A DNA stretch of 64,000 nucleotides from Candidatus Doudnabacteria bacterium (GTDB lineage: Bacteria > Patescibacteriota > Doudnabacteria > UBA920). This document shows, piece by piece, positions 29,080-39,187 of the stretch. The stretch's first letter is position 1, and each line of letters starts with the position of its first letter. The DNA is taken from positions 266,853 to 330,852 of the forward strand of contig CAWINB010000004.1 of assembly GCA_963837465.1 (NCBI GenBank), written 5' to 3'. The notes below the pieces were generated by a model. The model was given only the letters and a program-made list of their open reading frames with translations. It was not told where the DNA came from and did no database searches. The position numbers and the translations under genes were made by a program.

Positions 29080-29682
29080 ATGCCCAAAAAGGAAAAAACC
29101 TCATTTTTTGGAAAAATTATGGGCGGTAACGTAACCGAAGACAATATGAGCCAAAATGTAACTGTTTCACAATATCAAAGCGAACCCCTGGAAGCCGAAG
29201 AGCTTGCTCCGGATGATGTCGTGGAAGACCAGGAATTGGAAATGGAAGAAGAGCAACAGCGGGAAGTTCCGGTAAGGCAGCCTGTTAAAGAACCCCAGGC
29301 TAACGGTAATGGCAACGGCAACGGCAACAACGAGGAATGGCTAAACGATTTTGAAGGCCAGCTTAATATAGACATGTACCAGACCAAGGACAATGTCATT
29401 ATTAAATCCACTATTGCCGGCGTGCGCCCCGAAGACATAGATATTACGGTGGCCAACGATATGGTGACAATAAAAGGCAGCCGCAAGAAAGAAGAAAACA
29501 TCGCCCAGGATGACTACTTTTACCAGGAATGCTACTGGGGCAATTTCTCCCGCTCGGTAATAATCCCCGTAGACATAGACAGCGAACAAATTGAGGCGGA
29601 TTTAAAAGATGGAATCTTAACCGTAATTATTCCCAAGGCGGCTAAGGCGAAGACGAAGAAGGTTAAGGTTAAGGGAATGTAA
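29080..29682 (+). CDS. Hsp20/alpha-crystallin small heat-shock protein with acidic N-terminal extension
   Basis: IDMYQTKD, AGVRPEDIDI, ECYWGNFSRS, DGILTVIIPK. Confidence 0.92.
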   Translation: MPKKEKTSFFGKIMGGNVTEDNMSQNVTVSQYQSEPLEAEELAPDDVVEDQELEMEEEQQREVPVRQPVKEPQANGNGNGNGNNEEWLNDFEGQLNIDMYQTKDNVIIKSTIAGVRPEDIDITVANDMVTIKGSRKKEENIAQDDYFYQECYWGNFSRSVIIPVDIDSEQIEADLKDGILTVIIPKAAKAKTKKVKVKGM

Positions 29683-29742
29683 TAGCTGGACGGAATACAC
29701 GGATAGGGCACAGAGGACACGGAAAAAAACGAAAATTTAGAG

Positions 29743-29772
29743 AAAACCCCGCTCGTTACGGAGCGGGGTTTT
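29743..29772. terminator. Bidirectional intrinsic terminator
   Basis: AAAACCCCGCTC-GTTACG-GAGCGGGGTTTT. Confidence 0.75.
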
Positions 29773-29786
29773 ATGATGGGTATTAT

Positions 29787-30029
29787 CTATTTAGCCAGTA
29801 CAAAATTTTTTTGGAGCGGATGGGGTAATTTTGCAAAAACCAACTTCTTTGCCTGGCTTAAAAATTTACTGGCTTCCAGAAGTTCGGTGAGAACAGGATT
29901 ATTTTTTTTATCAAAATGTACTATTAAATTACCCATTTCCTGAGCATATTCAATAGGCTGCTTACCGGTTTCCCACATAAGCACGTCAGCTTCGGGTTCG
30001 TATGAAATTTTAATTTTTTGCTTCTTCAT
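29787..30029 (-). CDS. DUF2283-like putative antitoxin
   Basis: ISYEPEADVL, IVHFDK...ELLEASK; overlaps the upstream toxin stop. Confidence 0.75.
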   Translation of the reverse strand: MKKQKIKISYEPEADVLMWETGKQPIEYAQEMGNLIVHFDKKNNPVLTELLEASKFLSQAKKLVFAKLPHPLQKNFVLAK

Positions 30030-30274
30030 AAATATTGTTTCGCGCGGCCCGGATAAAATGTAATAACTTTAAAATTTCCAGCCTCTCGTTTATATACTAC
30101 CCGTAAAACATGAGTTTTGTCAATTTTTCTCTGGGCGATAAATAAAGGCAGTCTGGATAAATCACGAGAATCCGGATTTATAACGGTACGCGCTACCTGC
30201 AGTTTGGAAACTAAAAATTTATGGCGTTTTAAGATATTGAATTTTTCAGTCGCGTGTTTGGTAAAAACAATCAT
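30026..30274 (-). CDS. DUF4258/RelE-like putative toxin
   Basis: FTKHA, LRVVY, VITFYP. Confidence 0.75.
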   Translation of the reverse strand: MIVFTKHATEKFNILKRHKFLVSKLQVARTVINPDSRDLSRLPLFIAQRKIDKTHVLRVVYKREAGNFKVITFYPGRAKQYL

Positions 30275-30405
30275 ACTCTAATTTTAACACAAAAAAAATG
30301 CCCTGTACCATCCATCCTCGCGGATTTTGGTACAGGGCGAGACTTTCGCTTACGGTTAACATCGGGGCTTTGGCGTCGGTAAAACTGTGATTTGGATTTA
30401 TTCAG

Positions 30406-31002
30406 CTAAAACCACTTACCAGTACTTTCAGAGTATAGGTTAAAGTTTTCATCCAGCTCGAGTCCGTAGCCGCTGAAGTCGTAGCCGTCTTCCGTTTTCC
30501 AAAGTTTGAGCCACGACTGGCCACGATACAGGAATTGCATGTCAATCAGTTTGATATTGCCGTCTTTTACAAATCGCATTAGCGCATCATGGAATAACGC
30601 GCCGACATCGCCTTTCCTTAGAGTAATCTGGCTACCAAGCGGGAAATCGGGGATTCTTCTCGCTTCAGACCAACAACCATCACTCCAAGAATTGGCTCTG
30701 AGGCTGTTTTCTTTTTGAGAGGTGTAAGCAGTATATCTGATAGAGCAAGGAGAAAATCCTATTTCTTCCAATCCGCTCCCCCTGTTGGTAAAGATCACCT
30801 TGCGGTAATAAGTTGGTTCGTGGTGCTCTGGTCGAAAAAGAAGTCGAAGAGTGGTGTGCCCGAACTTAATTGTTGGGTTGTCGATGAATTCTCGCTTTGA
30901 GTTCCACCACTCATTTAGGTAATAAATAATAGCTTGTGGCCATTCATTGGACGGAAATCGTCGCGAACCTGCTACTACGATGGAAAGACCCGGTTTATTC
31001 AT
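30406..31002 (-). CDS. Hypothetical protein
   Basis: 198-aa ORF with AGGAGG Shine-Dalgarno and a terminator at ~30290-30340. Confidence 0.7.
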   Translation of the reverse strand: MNKPGLSIVVAGSRRFPSNEWPQAIIYYLNEWWNSKREFIDNPTIKFGHTTLRLLFRPEHHEPTYYRKVIFTNRGSGLEEIGFSPCSIRYTAYTSQKENSLRANSWSDGCWSEARRIPDFPLGSQITLRKGDVGALFHDALMRFVKDGNIKLIDMQFLYRGQSWLKLWKTEDGYDFSGYGLELDENFNLYSESTGKWF

Positions 31003-31150
31003 ATTTCCTCCTAGTCTGTTAGAGTATCATTTACTTTTATCATTTATGTCAATTTTGTATGACCAGATTTATTAAAGCTTAGATTGGTGCTTTTAAAAAA
31101 AGGCTATTTATGTTAAAATTTAGTTGTCAGAATTATATGACATATAAAAT

Positions 31151-31912
31151 ATGGAAGAAGAACTGCAAAAATTGGGCTTAAATGAGCATGAGGCCAGGGT
31201 TTATTTGGCAGCTTTGGGTTTGGGGGCTTGTTCGGCCGGGCAGATAGCCGAGCAAACAGGCATAAAACGGCCAACGGTTTATTTGGCTTTGGAAAATTTA
31301 AGCAAACAGGGATTAATGTCGGAAAGTTTTGCCGGAAAGAAAAGGTTGTTTGAGGCGGAGAAACCGCAGAAATTGGAGAAGTTGACCAAGCGGATGCGGC
31401 GGCAGGTTGTGGACGCGGAAATTTTATTGGAAAGTATTTTGCCGGGACTTATTAACCTGCCAAAACAATACGCCGAGGAGCCAAAAGTAAGTTTTTATTC
31501 CGGGATTGAAGGCTTAAAAAATATCGCCCTGGAAATATCCGCCTGTAAGTCTTCCTGGTATTTTTTTGGCTCCGGCGCGAAAATTTTGGAAAAATTAATT
31601 AAGTCCAAACGAATGGATGTTTTGCATGATTCTTGGGCTTTGCGCAACAGCCCCAACCGTCCGAAAATTTACATAATTACCGACAACGGAGTTTTTGCTT
31701 TGGGGAAAGAATGGGAACAAACAAAAACCCCTTGGCGGGAGATGAAAATTTTGCCCGGTATTATTAATGTTGGTTCTGGCTTTATCATCTACGAAGATAA
31801 ACTGGCTGTGTTGAGCCTAGAAAATAAACCTTTTGTAGCAGTAATAAAAAGTAAGGAAGTTGTGGAAGTGGTTAAGGTTATGTACCAGTTGATTTGGAAA
31901 AGCCTGGTATAA
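31151..31912 (+). CDS. TrmB-family transcriptional regulator
   Basis: LQKLGLNEHEARVYLAAL, KRPTVY, IIYEDKLAVLS. Confidence 0.88.
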   Translation: MEEELQKLGLNEHEARVYLAALGLGACSAGQIAEQTGIKRPTVYLALENLSKQGLMSESFAGKKRLFEAEKPQKLEKLTKRMRRQVVDAEILLESILPGLINLPKQYAEEPKVSFYSGIEGLKNIALEISACKSSWYFFGSGAKILEKLIKSKRMDVLHDSWALRNSPNRPKIYIITDNGVFALGKEWEQTKTPWREMKILPGIINVGSGFIIYEDKLAVLSLENKPFVAVIKSKEVVEVVKVMYQLIWKSLV

Positions 31913-31950
31913 TATTTGACTTTGTTTGTTGATGCGTCTAAAGTATTAGT

Positions 31951-32163
31951 ATGACACAGGCGATTATTACAAAAATCGACAAAGGTTCGGTGGCTTTGCC
32001 CAAGGCTTGGAAAGGCAGCAAGGTATTTTTGCGTGTCACAGGCGACCGGGCGACTATTACCAGACTGAATAATTCAAAAGCGATTTTTTCCGCCGATGAA
32101 GTAAAAGACTTGCGGAAACTGGGAAATAAAGTTAGCGAGTCGGTACTTAAAAAATTCTTGTAG
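31951..32163 (+). CDS. AbrB/MazE-like putative antitoxin
   Basis: TKIDKGSVALPKAW; directly upstream of a PIN gene. Confidence 0.6.
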   Translation: MTQAIITKIDKGSVALPKAWKGSKVFLRVTGDRATITRLNNSKAIFSADEVKDLRKLGNKVSESVLKKFL

Positions 32164-32176
32164 ACGTAATTTGTTT

Positions 32177-32599
32177 ATGAAAGTTGTGGCTGACACGAAC
32201 GTAGTTGTTTCAATGCTGCTTTGGGGTAAATCCTTAGAGCGGCTTTTTGTTATGGTTAATAACAGGAAGATAATTTTGTGTTTTTCCCCTGCTACGGTTG
32301 ACGAGCTGTTTCGGGTTATCCATTATCCAAAAATAATCAGGCAGGCTGACAAGTTGGCGGTTCCTGTTGAAGCCCTGGTTGACAAGCTGCTTACCTTTTC
32401 TTTTATATGTCATCCGAAGACAAAAATTACAAAAATATCCGAAGACGAAAGCGATAACAGAATATTGGAAACTGCCTTAACGTCCAATGCCTACTGTATT
32501 ATTTCCGGTGATGGTCACTTATTGCAGCTAAGAAATTATAAAGATATCCCTATTTATTTACCCGCCCAATTTTTACGATTGGTTTCTTATGGTGCATAA
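32177..32599 (+). CDS. PIN-domain putative toxin
   Basis: VVADTNVVVS, DESDNRILETA, IISGDGHLL. Confidence 0.88.
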   Translation: MKVVADTNVVVSMLLWGKSLERLFVMVNNRKIILCFSPATVDELFRVIHYPKIIRQADKLAVPVEALVDKLLTFSFICHPKTKITKISEDESDNRILETALTSNAYCIISGDGHLLQLRNYKDIPIYLPAQFLRLVSYGA

Positions 32600-32720
32600 G
32601 TTATTTTAGACAGCCTTAGGTTTTGGCTAAGGAAAATGCCAGTTTTAACTTAAGTAAAAAAAATGCTAAAATGAGGAAGACTTTTATCTAGCGGAAATAA
32701 ACTGCATTTTCAAAACCAAT

Positions 32721-34977
32721 ATGGCTAAGCGGAAAAAAATACAGGATAAAGAAGGCAGAAAAAAAACCAAACCTGCTCTTAATCTTTCGTACGAGACCAA
32801 GCGCGGGATTATGGTGGTGGTGTTCGTGGTTTTGGCGCTGGTTGCGGTTTTAAGCATCGCCGGGGTTGCGGGGAGTTTGGGCCAGGAGATGCTATGGGGA
32901 TTGTCGCTGGTGTTTGGGCTTATGACTTACGTGGTCCCCTTGATTTTGCTCAGCGTGGCTGTGTCCATATATAAGCAGGATTTGGAAAGACAGGGCCGCG
33001 GCCACAATTTTTACTGGCGCATTTATTTGGGCGCCCTGATTTTGGCAGGCAGTATTGCCGGTTTAGTTCACATTTTTTATTTAAACAGCCAAACCGACGC
33101 GTTTGCCCTAGCCGCCCAGGGAAGAGGCGGCGGCTATTTGGGGGCGGTTTTTTCGTCCCTGCTTTATGTCCACTTGGGTTTTTGGGCCGGTTGTTTGATT
33201 TTATTGGCTTTGGTTTTAATAGGTATGCTGGTGACGTTTGATGTGCCGCTTGGGTCGTTGTGGCCGAAGTCGGAAGAGAAAGAAAATATAGAAGACAGAA
33301 TAAAGAAGACAGAAGACAGTGAATCGGTGGCGGATGTTAAGCTCGCGCCGTTAAAAATCAATGCCATGGGCAAAGAGGGTTTTATTGAGGAAAAGGTTAT
33401 GGATAAAAATCCCAAACTCGCGGATAATAACCTTAAAGAAGATGTTAAATTAAAAACCCAGACCATCCAAACCAAAGCCATCAACACTCCCAAAAACCAG
33501 GCGGTGCAATTGGAGGCTATGACCGTGGAAGACCGCAAAGACTGGAAACTGCCTAATTTTGATATTTTAGACGATAATCATACCGAAGTGGACAGCGGCA
33601 ACATAGAAGTCAACGTGGCCATAATTAAAAAAACCCTGTCCGACTTTGGCATAGAAGTGGAAATGGGCGAGGTTAACGTTGGGCCGACTGTTACGCAATA
33701 CACCCTGCGTCCCGCTACCGGCGTAAAATTGTCGCAAATCGCCGGCCTGCAAAATGATCTGGCCCTGGCTTTGGCCGCTTCCAGCCTGCGTATGGAACTG
33801 CCCATTCCGGGCAAGGCTTTAGTCGGCATAGAAGTCCCGAATAAATCCACGGCCATTGTCCGTTTGCGGGAAGTTATGCAGACCGAAGGTTTTGTTAGCC
33901 ATAAAAGCAAACTGGCCCTGGCTTTGGGCCGCGATGTGGCCGGACATGCTATGGTGGTGGATTTGGCTAAAATGCCGCATTTGCTTATTGCCGGCGCCAC
34001 GGGCACGGGTAAAAGCGTAGCCATTAACAGCCTGTTTATTTCTTTGCTTTACCGCAATACGCCACAGGATGTAAAGTTTATAGTCATTGATCCAAAGCGG
34101 GTGGAAATGACTCCTTACAACGGCATCCCGCATTTGCTGACACCGGTTGTCATTGACCACGAAAAAGCCGTTAACGCGCTAAAGTGGGCGGTGGCCGAAA
34201 TGGACAGGCGCTACAAACTTTTATCCGAAGCCGGCAAGCGCAATATTTCGGAATATAACGAGCACGCGCCCCTGCCAATGCCTTATATCGTGATTTTGGT
34301 GGATGAGCTGGCGGATTTGATGGCCGTGGCTCAAGCCGATGTGGAAGCCACAATCGTACGCTTGTCGCAAATGGCGCTGCGCCATAGGCATCCATTTGGT
34401 TTTAGCCACCCAGCGGCCGTCGGTTGAGATTATCACCGGGCTGATTAAAGCCAACATTACTTCGCGCGTAGCATTTGCCGTGGCTTCGCAAATAGACAGC
34501 CGTACCATTTTGGATTCCTCGGGAGCGGAAAAATTGCTGGGCAACGGCGACATGCTGTATACATCCGCTGAATTTAACAAACCCAAGCGCGTGCAGGGCG
34601 CCTACATTGGCGAAAAGGAAGTTAAAAAAGTGGTGGATTTTTTTAAGGCGCAAACCGGAGCTGTTATTTACAACGAGGAAATTGTGGAAAAACCCAAAAG
34701 GCCCTTGGGTATTCCGGGTATGGAAAGCGAAGACGGCGGCGATAATGACCCGCTTTTGGCGGAAGCCACGGAGGAAGTCAAACGGGCCGGCAAAGCGTCA
34801 GCCTCTTTACTGCAAAGACGTCTGCGCGTAGGCTACGCCCGGGCCGCCCGACTGTTGGATATTATGGAACAAAAAGGCATAATCGGTCCCGGCGAAGGCG
34901 CCAAGCCGCGGGAAGTTTACGGCGTGATTCCGCCGGATGAAAAAGCGGAGTACGGGATAGAAGAGGGGATGCGGTAA
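32721..34977 (+). CDS. ftsK: DNA translocase FtsK/SpoIIIE (split by a one-base insertion at ~34378)
   Basis: 4TM N-terminus, GATGTGKS, DELADLM, LATQRPS, gamma domain LLQRRLRVGYARAARL; removing one T restores MARAIGIH. Confidence 0.93.
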
Positions 34978-35053
34978 TTTCAAATTTCAAATATCAAAAC
35001 AAAAGCCGGCCGACCCAATATCAAAATTAAGGCATCGCGTCCGCATTTGTAAT

Positions 35054-35087
35054 TTTCCGCCGGAGGTGGTTCCGCCTTTGGCGGAGA
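35054..35087. repeat. Palindromic element copy C (degenerate), inside a heptamer array
   Basis: TTTCCGCCGGAGGTGGTTCCGCCTTTGGCGGAGA. Confidence 0.8.
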
Positions 35088-35110
35088 TATTTGTAATTTG
35101 AAATTTTGTC

Positions 35111-36067
35111 ATGATTTTTGAAAAGAAGAAAATAAGAATCGAAACCTTAAGCGAATATTTGGCCGAAGCCAGGCGCGATTTAAACCTGAGCCTTGAACAA
35201 GTCGCCCAAAAAACATCCATTAAGCCGGAATTTTTAAATGCCCTGGAAAGCGGCCAGTTTAAAATTTTGCCAGCCGATGTTTATGTATTCGGCTTTTTAA
35301 GTCGGCTGGCGGAAATTTACTCCGCCAACTCCAGGGAACTGATTGCCCAGTATCAAAAAGAAAAAGGCATCCAGCGGCAGATTGGGAAGATTGATAGCCC
35401 GATCGGGTTGCCGTGGTATAAAAAATACTTCGGACGAATAGTGGTCACGCCCAAGCTCGTAACCTTGTTTTTAGGCCTGGCCTTCGTGGCTTTGACAGTG
35501 GTTTATATTGTTTGGCAGGTTTTTTCCATCAACAAGACGCCGAACCTGAAAATATTTTCCCCGGCCAATAACAGCGTTATCCAGGGTTCCTCTCTGCGGA
35601 TTTCCGGCCAGACAGACTCCGGAATGACCGTATCCATAAACGGGGAAAAGATTTTTGTGGATAATCAGGGCAATTTTCAAACTCCGGTCAGCCTGACCCC
35701 GGGACCCAAGACTATTACTGTCACGGCCGAAAATCATTTTGGCAAATCTACCAGCCAAACTTTGAACGTCACAGGGGCGGAAACTGCCGCGACAAACACC
35801 GTATTCAGTTTAAAAGTTGATTTTACCGGACCGGTGACTTTAAACGTCGCGGCAGACGGCCAGCCTGGCCAAACCTTGAATTTTGGCAAAGGCGGGAGCG
35901 AAACTTTTACCGCCAGCCAGGAAATACTTCTTTCCACTTCGGATGCCGGAGCCACTATAATTACTTTAAACGGACAATCTTTGGGAGCTATGGGCAAGTC
36001 CGGGGAAAAATTAACCAATATTGCTTTTTCGCCCCAGTATAACCCCCCATCCGTCGGCCATAAATAA
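35111..36067 (+). CDS. RodZ-like protein (HTH, TM, Ig-like and DUF4115-like domains)
   Basis: YLAEARRDLNLSLEQVA...LNALESG, VYVFGFL; located between ftsK and recA. Confidence 0.8.
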   Translation: MIFEKKKIRIETLSEYLAEARRDLNLSLEQVAQKTSIKPEFLNALESGQFKILPADVYVFGFLSRLAEIYSANSRELIAQYQKEKGIQRQIGKIDSPIGLPWYKKYFGRIVVTPKLVTLFLGLAFVALTVVYIVWQVFSINKTPNLKIFSPANNSVIQGSSLRISGQTDSGMTVSINGEKIFVDNQGNFQTPVSLTPGPKTITVTAENHFGKSTSQTLNVTGAETAATNTVFSLKVDFTGPVTLNVAADGQPGQTLNFGKGGSETFTASQEILLSTSDAGATIITLNGQSLGAMGKSGEKLTNIAFSPQYNPPSVGHK

Positions 36068-36091
36068 GCCAAGTTATCCACAATAATAAAA

Positions 36092-36120
36092 TTGACAATA
36101 GGTGAACGTTCGTTTATAAT
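36092..36120 (+). promoter_or_regulatory. Consensus sigma70 promoter of recA with an overlapping palindromic operator (SOS-box-like)
   Basis: TTGACA-17bp-TATAAT; spacer holds TGAACG-TT-CGTTTA (GAAC-N4-GTTT). Confidence 0.8.
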
Positions 36121-36214
36121 GTAATAAATTAGCTATTTTAAAAATTAAACAACCATAAAATATGGCAAGTTATTGCTTTAAATACTGTCATGTTTATGCG
36201 CAAAATAGATCTTT

Positions 36215-37294
36215 ATGCCTAAGCAAACATCAAAAACACCTATTGCTGATTCCGGCAAGTGGAAGGCGGTTACGAGCGCCATTGACCAAATTCAGGAAAA
36301 ATTTGGCGCTGGCAGCATTATGAAACTTTCGGATTCCAAAACCATGGATGTTGAGTCCGTGCCCACGGGGAGCATTAGTTTGGATTTGGCTCTGGGCGTA
36401 GGCGGTATTCCCAAAGGCCGTGTTATAGAAATTTACGGTCCGGAAAGTTCGGGCAAAACCACTTTAACTTTACATATGATAGCCGAGGTGCAAAAGCGGG
36501 GGGGCTTGGCCGCTTTTATAGATGCTGAGCACGCTCTTGATCCGGAATATGCCAAGCGCATCGGTGTAAAACTGGAAGACTTGCTTATCAGCCAGCCGGA
36601 CAACGGCGAGCAGGCTTTGGATATTTGTGAAACTTTGGTTCGTTCCAATGGGCTGGACTTAATTGTCATAGATTCCGTGGCCGCGTTAACGCCCCGCAAT
36701 GAAATAGAAGGCGAAATGGGCGATAGCCATATGGGGCTTCATGCCAGGTTAATGTCGCAGGCCCTGCGAAAACTTACGGCCATTATAAGCAAAACCAACA
36801 CTACGGTTATTTTTATCAACCAAATTCGGATGAAGATTGGCGTAATGTTCGGTAATCCGGAAACCACCACTGGCGGCAACGCGCTAAAGTTTTACGCTTC
36901 GGTAAGGATAGAAGTGCGAAGGAGCGCGCAAATAAAAAACGGTGACAGAATTATCGGCAACCGGACCAAAGCCAAAATTGTAAAAAATAAAGTCGCTCCG
37001 CCGTTTAAGGTCGCGGAGTTTGATATTATGTACAACGAAGGGATTTCCGCGGCCGGAGACTTGCTGGATACGGGAGTATTGGTCGGAGCCATAGAAAAAA
37101 GCGGCAACACTTACAGCTTCGGCGACGTAAAATTCGGCGTCGGCAAGGAAGCCTCCAAGACATTTTTGAAAGAAAACGCCAAAGTCTTTAAAGATGTGGA
37201 CAAAGCCGTCCGCGACAAAGTAAAAGCCGGGGAAATACCCATGGCTCAAAAGCCCGCAGAGGAAGAAAGCGAAGAAGCCGAGGGTGAAAAATAA
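36215..37294 (+). CDS. recA: Recombinase A
   Basis: [34 protein letters not shown]. Confidence 0.99.
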   Translation: MPKQTSKTPIADSGKWKAVTSAIDQIQEKFGAGSIMKLSDSKTMDVESVPTGSISLDLALGVGGIPKGRVIEIYGPESSGKTTLTLHMIAEVQKRGGLAAFIDAEHALDPEYAKRIGVKLEDLLISQPDNGEQALDICETLVRSNGLDLIVIDSVAALTPRNEIEGEMGDSHMGLHARLMSQALRKLTAIISKTNTTVIFINQIRMKIGVMFGNPETTTGGNALKFYASVRIEVRRSAQIKNGDRIIGNRTKAKIVKNKVAPPFKVAEFDIMYNEGISAAGDLLDTGVLVGAIEKSGNTYSFGDVKFGVGKEASKTFLKENAKVFKDVDKAVRDKVKAGEIPMAQKPAEEESEEAEGEK

Positions 37295-37355
37295 TTTTGT
37301 ATTTGACCTGAGGTTGTAATTTATAACCTCAGGTTTTTTGATTAAAGCGCTAAGA

Positions 37356-37901
37356 ATGAAAAACAAAAATCAAAATTTAAGAATGGAGTTAACGGTTCCG
37401 ATAGAATTAATTGAGCGGCGGATTTATGTTATCCGTGGTCAGAAAGTCATGCTTGATCAGGATTTGGCTTTGCTTTATCAGGTGGGGGTTAAAGTCTTAA
37501 ACCAGGCAGTGAGGAGAAATATTTACAGATTTCCCGGTGACTTTATGTTTAAGCTCAGCTTAGCGGAAACTAAATTTCTAAGGTCACAAATTGTGACCTT
37601 AGAAACAGGACGGGGAAGATATTCTAAGTATTCTTTTTACGCTTTTACAGAACAAGGAGTAGCCATGTTGTCGTCGGTATTAAGAAGTCCCAGAGCAATT
37701 TCCGTAAACATTGCTATCATGCGGGCCTTTGTTAAGCTTAGGGAAATTATGTCCACGCATAAGGATCTGGCCAGGAAAATGGAAAAGCTTGAACAAGGAC
37801 AAAAGAAACAACAATTGGACATCGCCCTAATTTTTAAAGTTATTGAAAAGTTCCTAAAAACCCCTCCAAAATCCCAAACTACAATTGGTTTTAGGACTTA
37901 A
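37356..37901 (+). CDS. ORF6N (KilA-N-like) DNA-binding domain protein
   Basis: IRGQKVMLDQDLA, RFPGDFMF, AFTEQGVAMLSSVL, IGF end. Confidence 0.9.
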   Translation: MKNKNQNLRMELTVPIELIERRIYVIRGQKVMLDQDLALLYQVGVKVLNQAVRRNIYRFPGDFMFKLSLAETKFLRSQIVTLETGRGRYSKYSFYAFTEQGVAMLSSVLRSPRAISVNIAIMRAFVKLREIMSTHKDLARKMEKLEQGQKKQQLDIALIFKVIEKFLKTPPKSQTTIGFRT

Positions 37902-37994
37902 TTTTTGTAAAAATAGGAATTAGACAACTTTTGTCTTCTAAATAAAAGTATTATAATATCTTTACGTGACAAGCAATTAATAACTTTATGAACC

Positions 37995-39032
37995 ATGTAT
38001 AAGTACTATTTTTCCATTGATTACTCTGAAGGTGCTCATCCGAGCATCATAGATTTACTGAGCAAAACGAACCTTGAGCAGGAGCCGGGTTATGGCGAGG
38101 ACAAATTTTGTGAGCAGGCAAAAGGGTTAATTAAAAAGGCTTTAGGCGGTACAGATCCGGACATTCATTTTGTAACTTCGGGTACCCAAGCCAATATGGT
38201 TGTCCTATCTTCAATCCTAAGGCCTTATGAATCAGTCATCGCTCCGGAGTCCTCACATATCAATGTACATGAAACCGGAGCTATAGAAGCCACAGGTCAC
38301 AAGATTAATCTTGTGACTACTCTAGACGGCAAATTAACTGTTGATATGATTAGGAAGGTTGTAGAGGAGCACAACTTTGACCAGATGGTAAAACCGAGGG
38401 TTGTGCATTTAACACATCCTACCGAACTTGGAACAATTTATAACAAAACCGAGCTCATAAATATTTCCAAATACTGTCACGAAAACGGCTTATATGTCTA
38501 CATTGATGGTGCGAGATTGGCTATGGCTATAGAAAGCCACGATTCAGATTTAACATTGCCGGAAATATCCAAGTTAGTAGATGTATTTTATATTGGGGGT
38601 ACTAAAAATGGCGCATTGATAGGCGAAGCTATTGTTATTAACAATAATGAACTAAAAGAAAACTTTAGGTATCATATGCGACAGCGAGGCGCTTTGCTTT
38701 CCAAAGGCAGGGTCTTAGGCATACAGTTTGTCGGTTTATTTACTGATGACTTATATTTTAAGCTAGCTAAACATGCCAACGATATGGCAACAAAATTGTC
38801 AGAAGCTATTAAAGGATTTGGATTTGGTTTTTTAACAACTACCCAGGCCAATCAGGTTTTTCCTGTTCTACCTAATGATCTCATTTCTAAATTAGAAAAA
38901 ATGTATGCCTTTTTCGTTTGGAGCAAAGTGAATGAAAATCATTCTTCTGTCAGACTAGTTACATCATGGGCCACGAAAGAAACGATGGTCGAAGAGTTTA
39001 TTAAAGACCTGCAGAAGTTAATAAAAAAATAG
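37995..39032 (+). CDS. ltaE: Low-specificity L-threonine aldolase
   Basis: DYSEGAHP, GTQAN, HETGA, DGARL, GGTKNG. Confidence 0.88.
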   Translation: MYKYYFSIDYSEGAHPSIIDLLSKTNLEQEPGYGEDKFCEQAKGLIKKALGGTDPDIHFVTSGTQANMVVLSSILRPYESVIAPESSHINVHETGAIEATGHKINLVTTLDGKLTVDMIRKVVEEHNFDQMVKPRVVHLTHPTELGTIYNKTELINISKYCHENGLYVYIDGARLAMAIESHDSDLTLPEISKLVDVFYIGGTKNGALIGEAIVINNNELKENFRYHMRQRGALLSKGRVLGIQFVGLFTDDLYFKLAKHANDMATKLSEAIKGFGFGFLTTTQANQVFPVLPNDLISKLEKMYAFFVWSKVNENHSSVRLVTSWATKETMVEEFIKDLQKLIKK

Positions 39033-39089
39033 TACTCCAAATTTTTATCCAGGCAAAAAAGTTTATTATGTGCCTTAATCCCGTCTTCC

Positions 39090-39120
39090 AAAACCCGCCA
39101 TTATACAATGGCGGGTTTTT
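39090..39120 (+). terminator. Intrinsic terminator
   Basis: AAAACCCGCCATT-ATAC-AATGGCGGGTTTTT. Confidence 0.7.
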
Positions 39121-39187
39121 GATGCGGCAACGATATATTAAACAACAATTTTCCTGTTCAGGCGGCTTATGTTAGAATTAACCAGTT

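Noticed and set aside
34370-34390. Programmed ribosomal frameshift in ftsK
   Set aside because: No slippery sequence or stimulatory hairpin; deleting one T restores the conserved motif, so an error or point mutation is simpler
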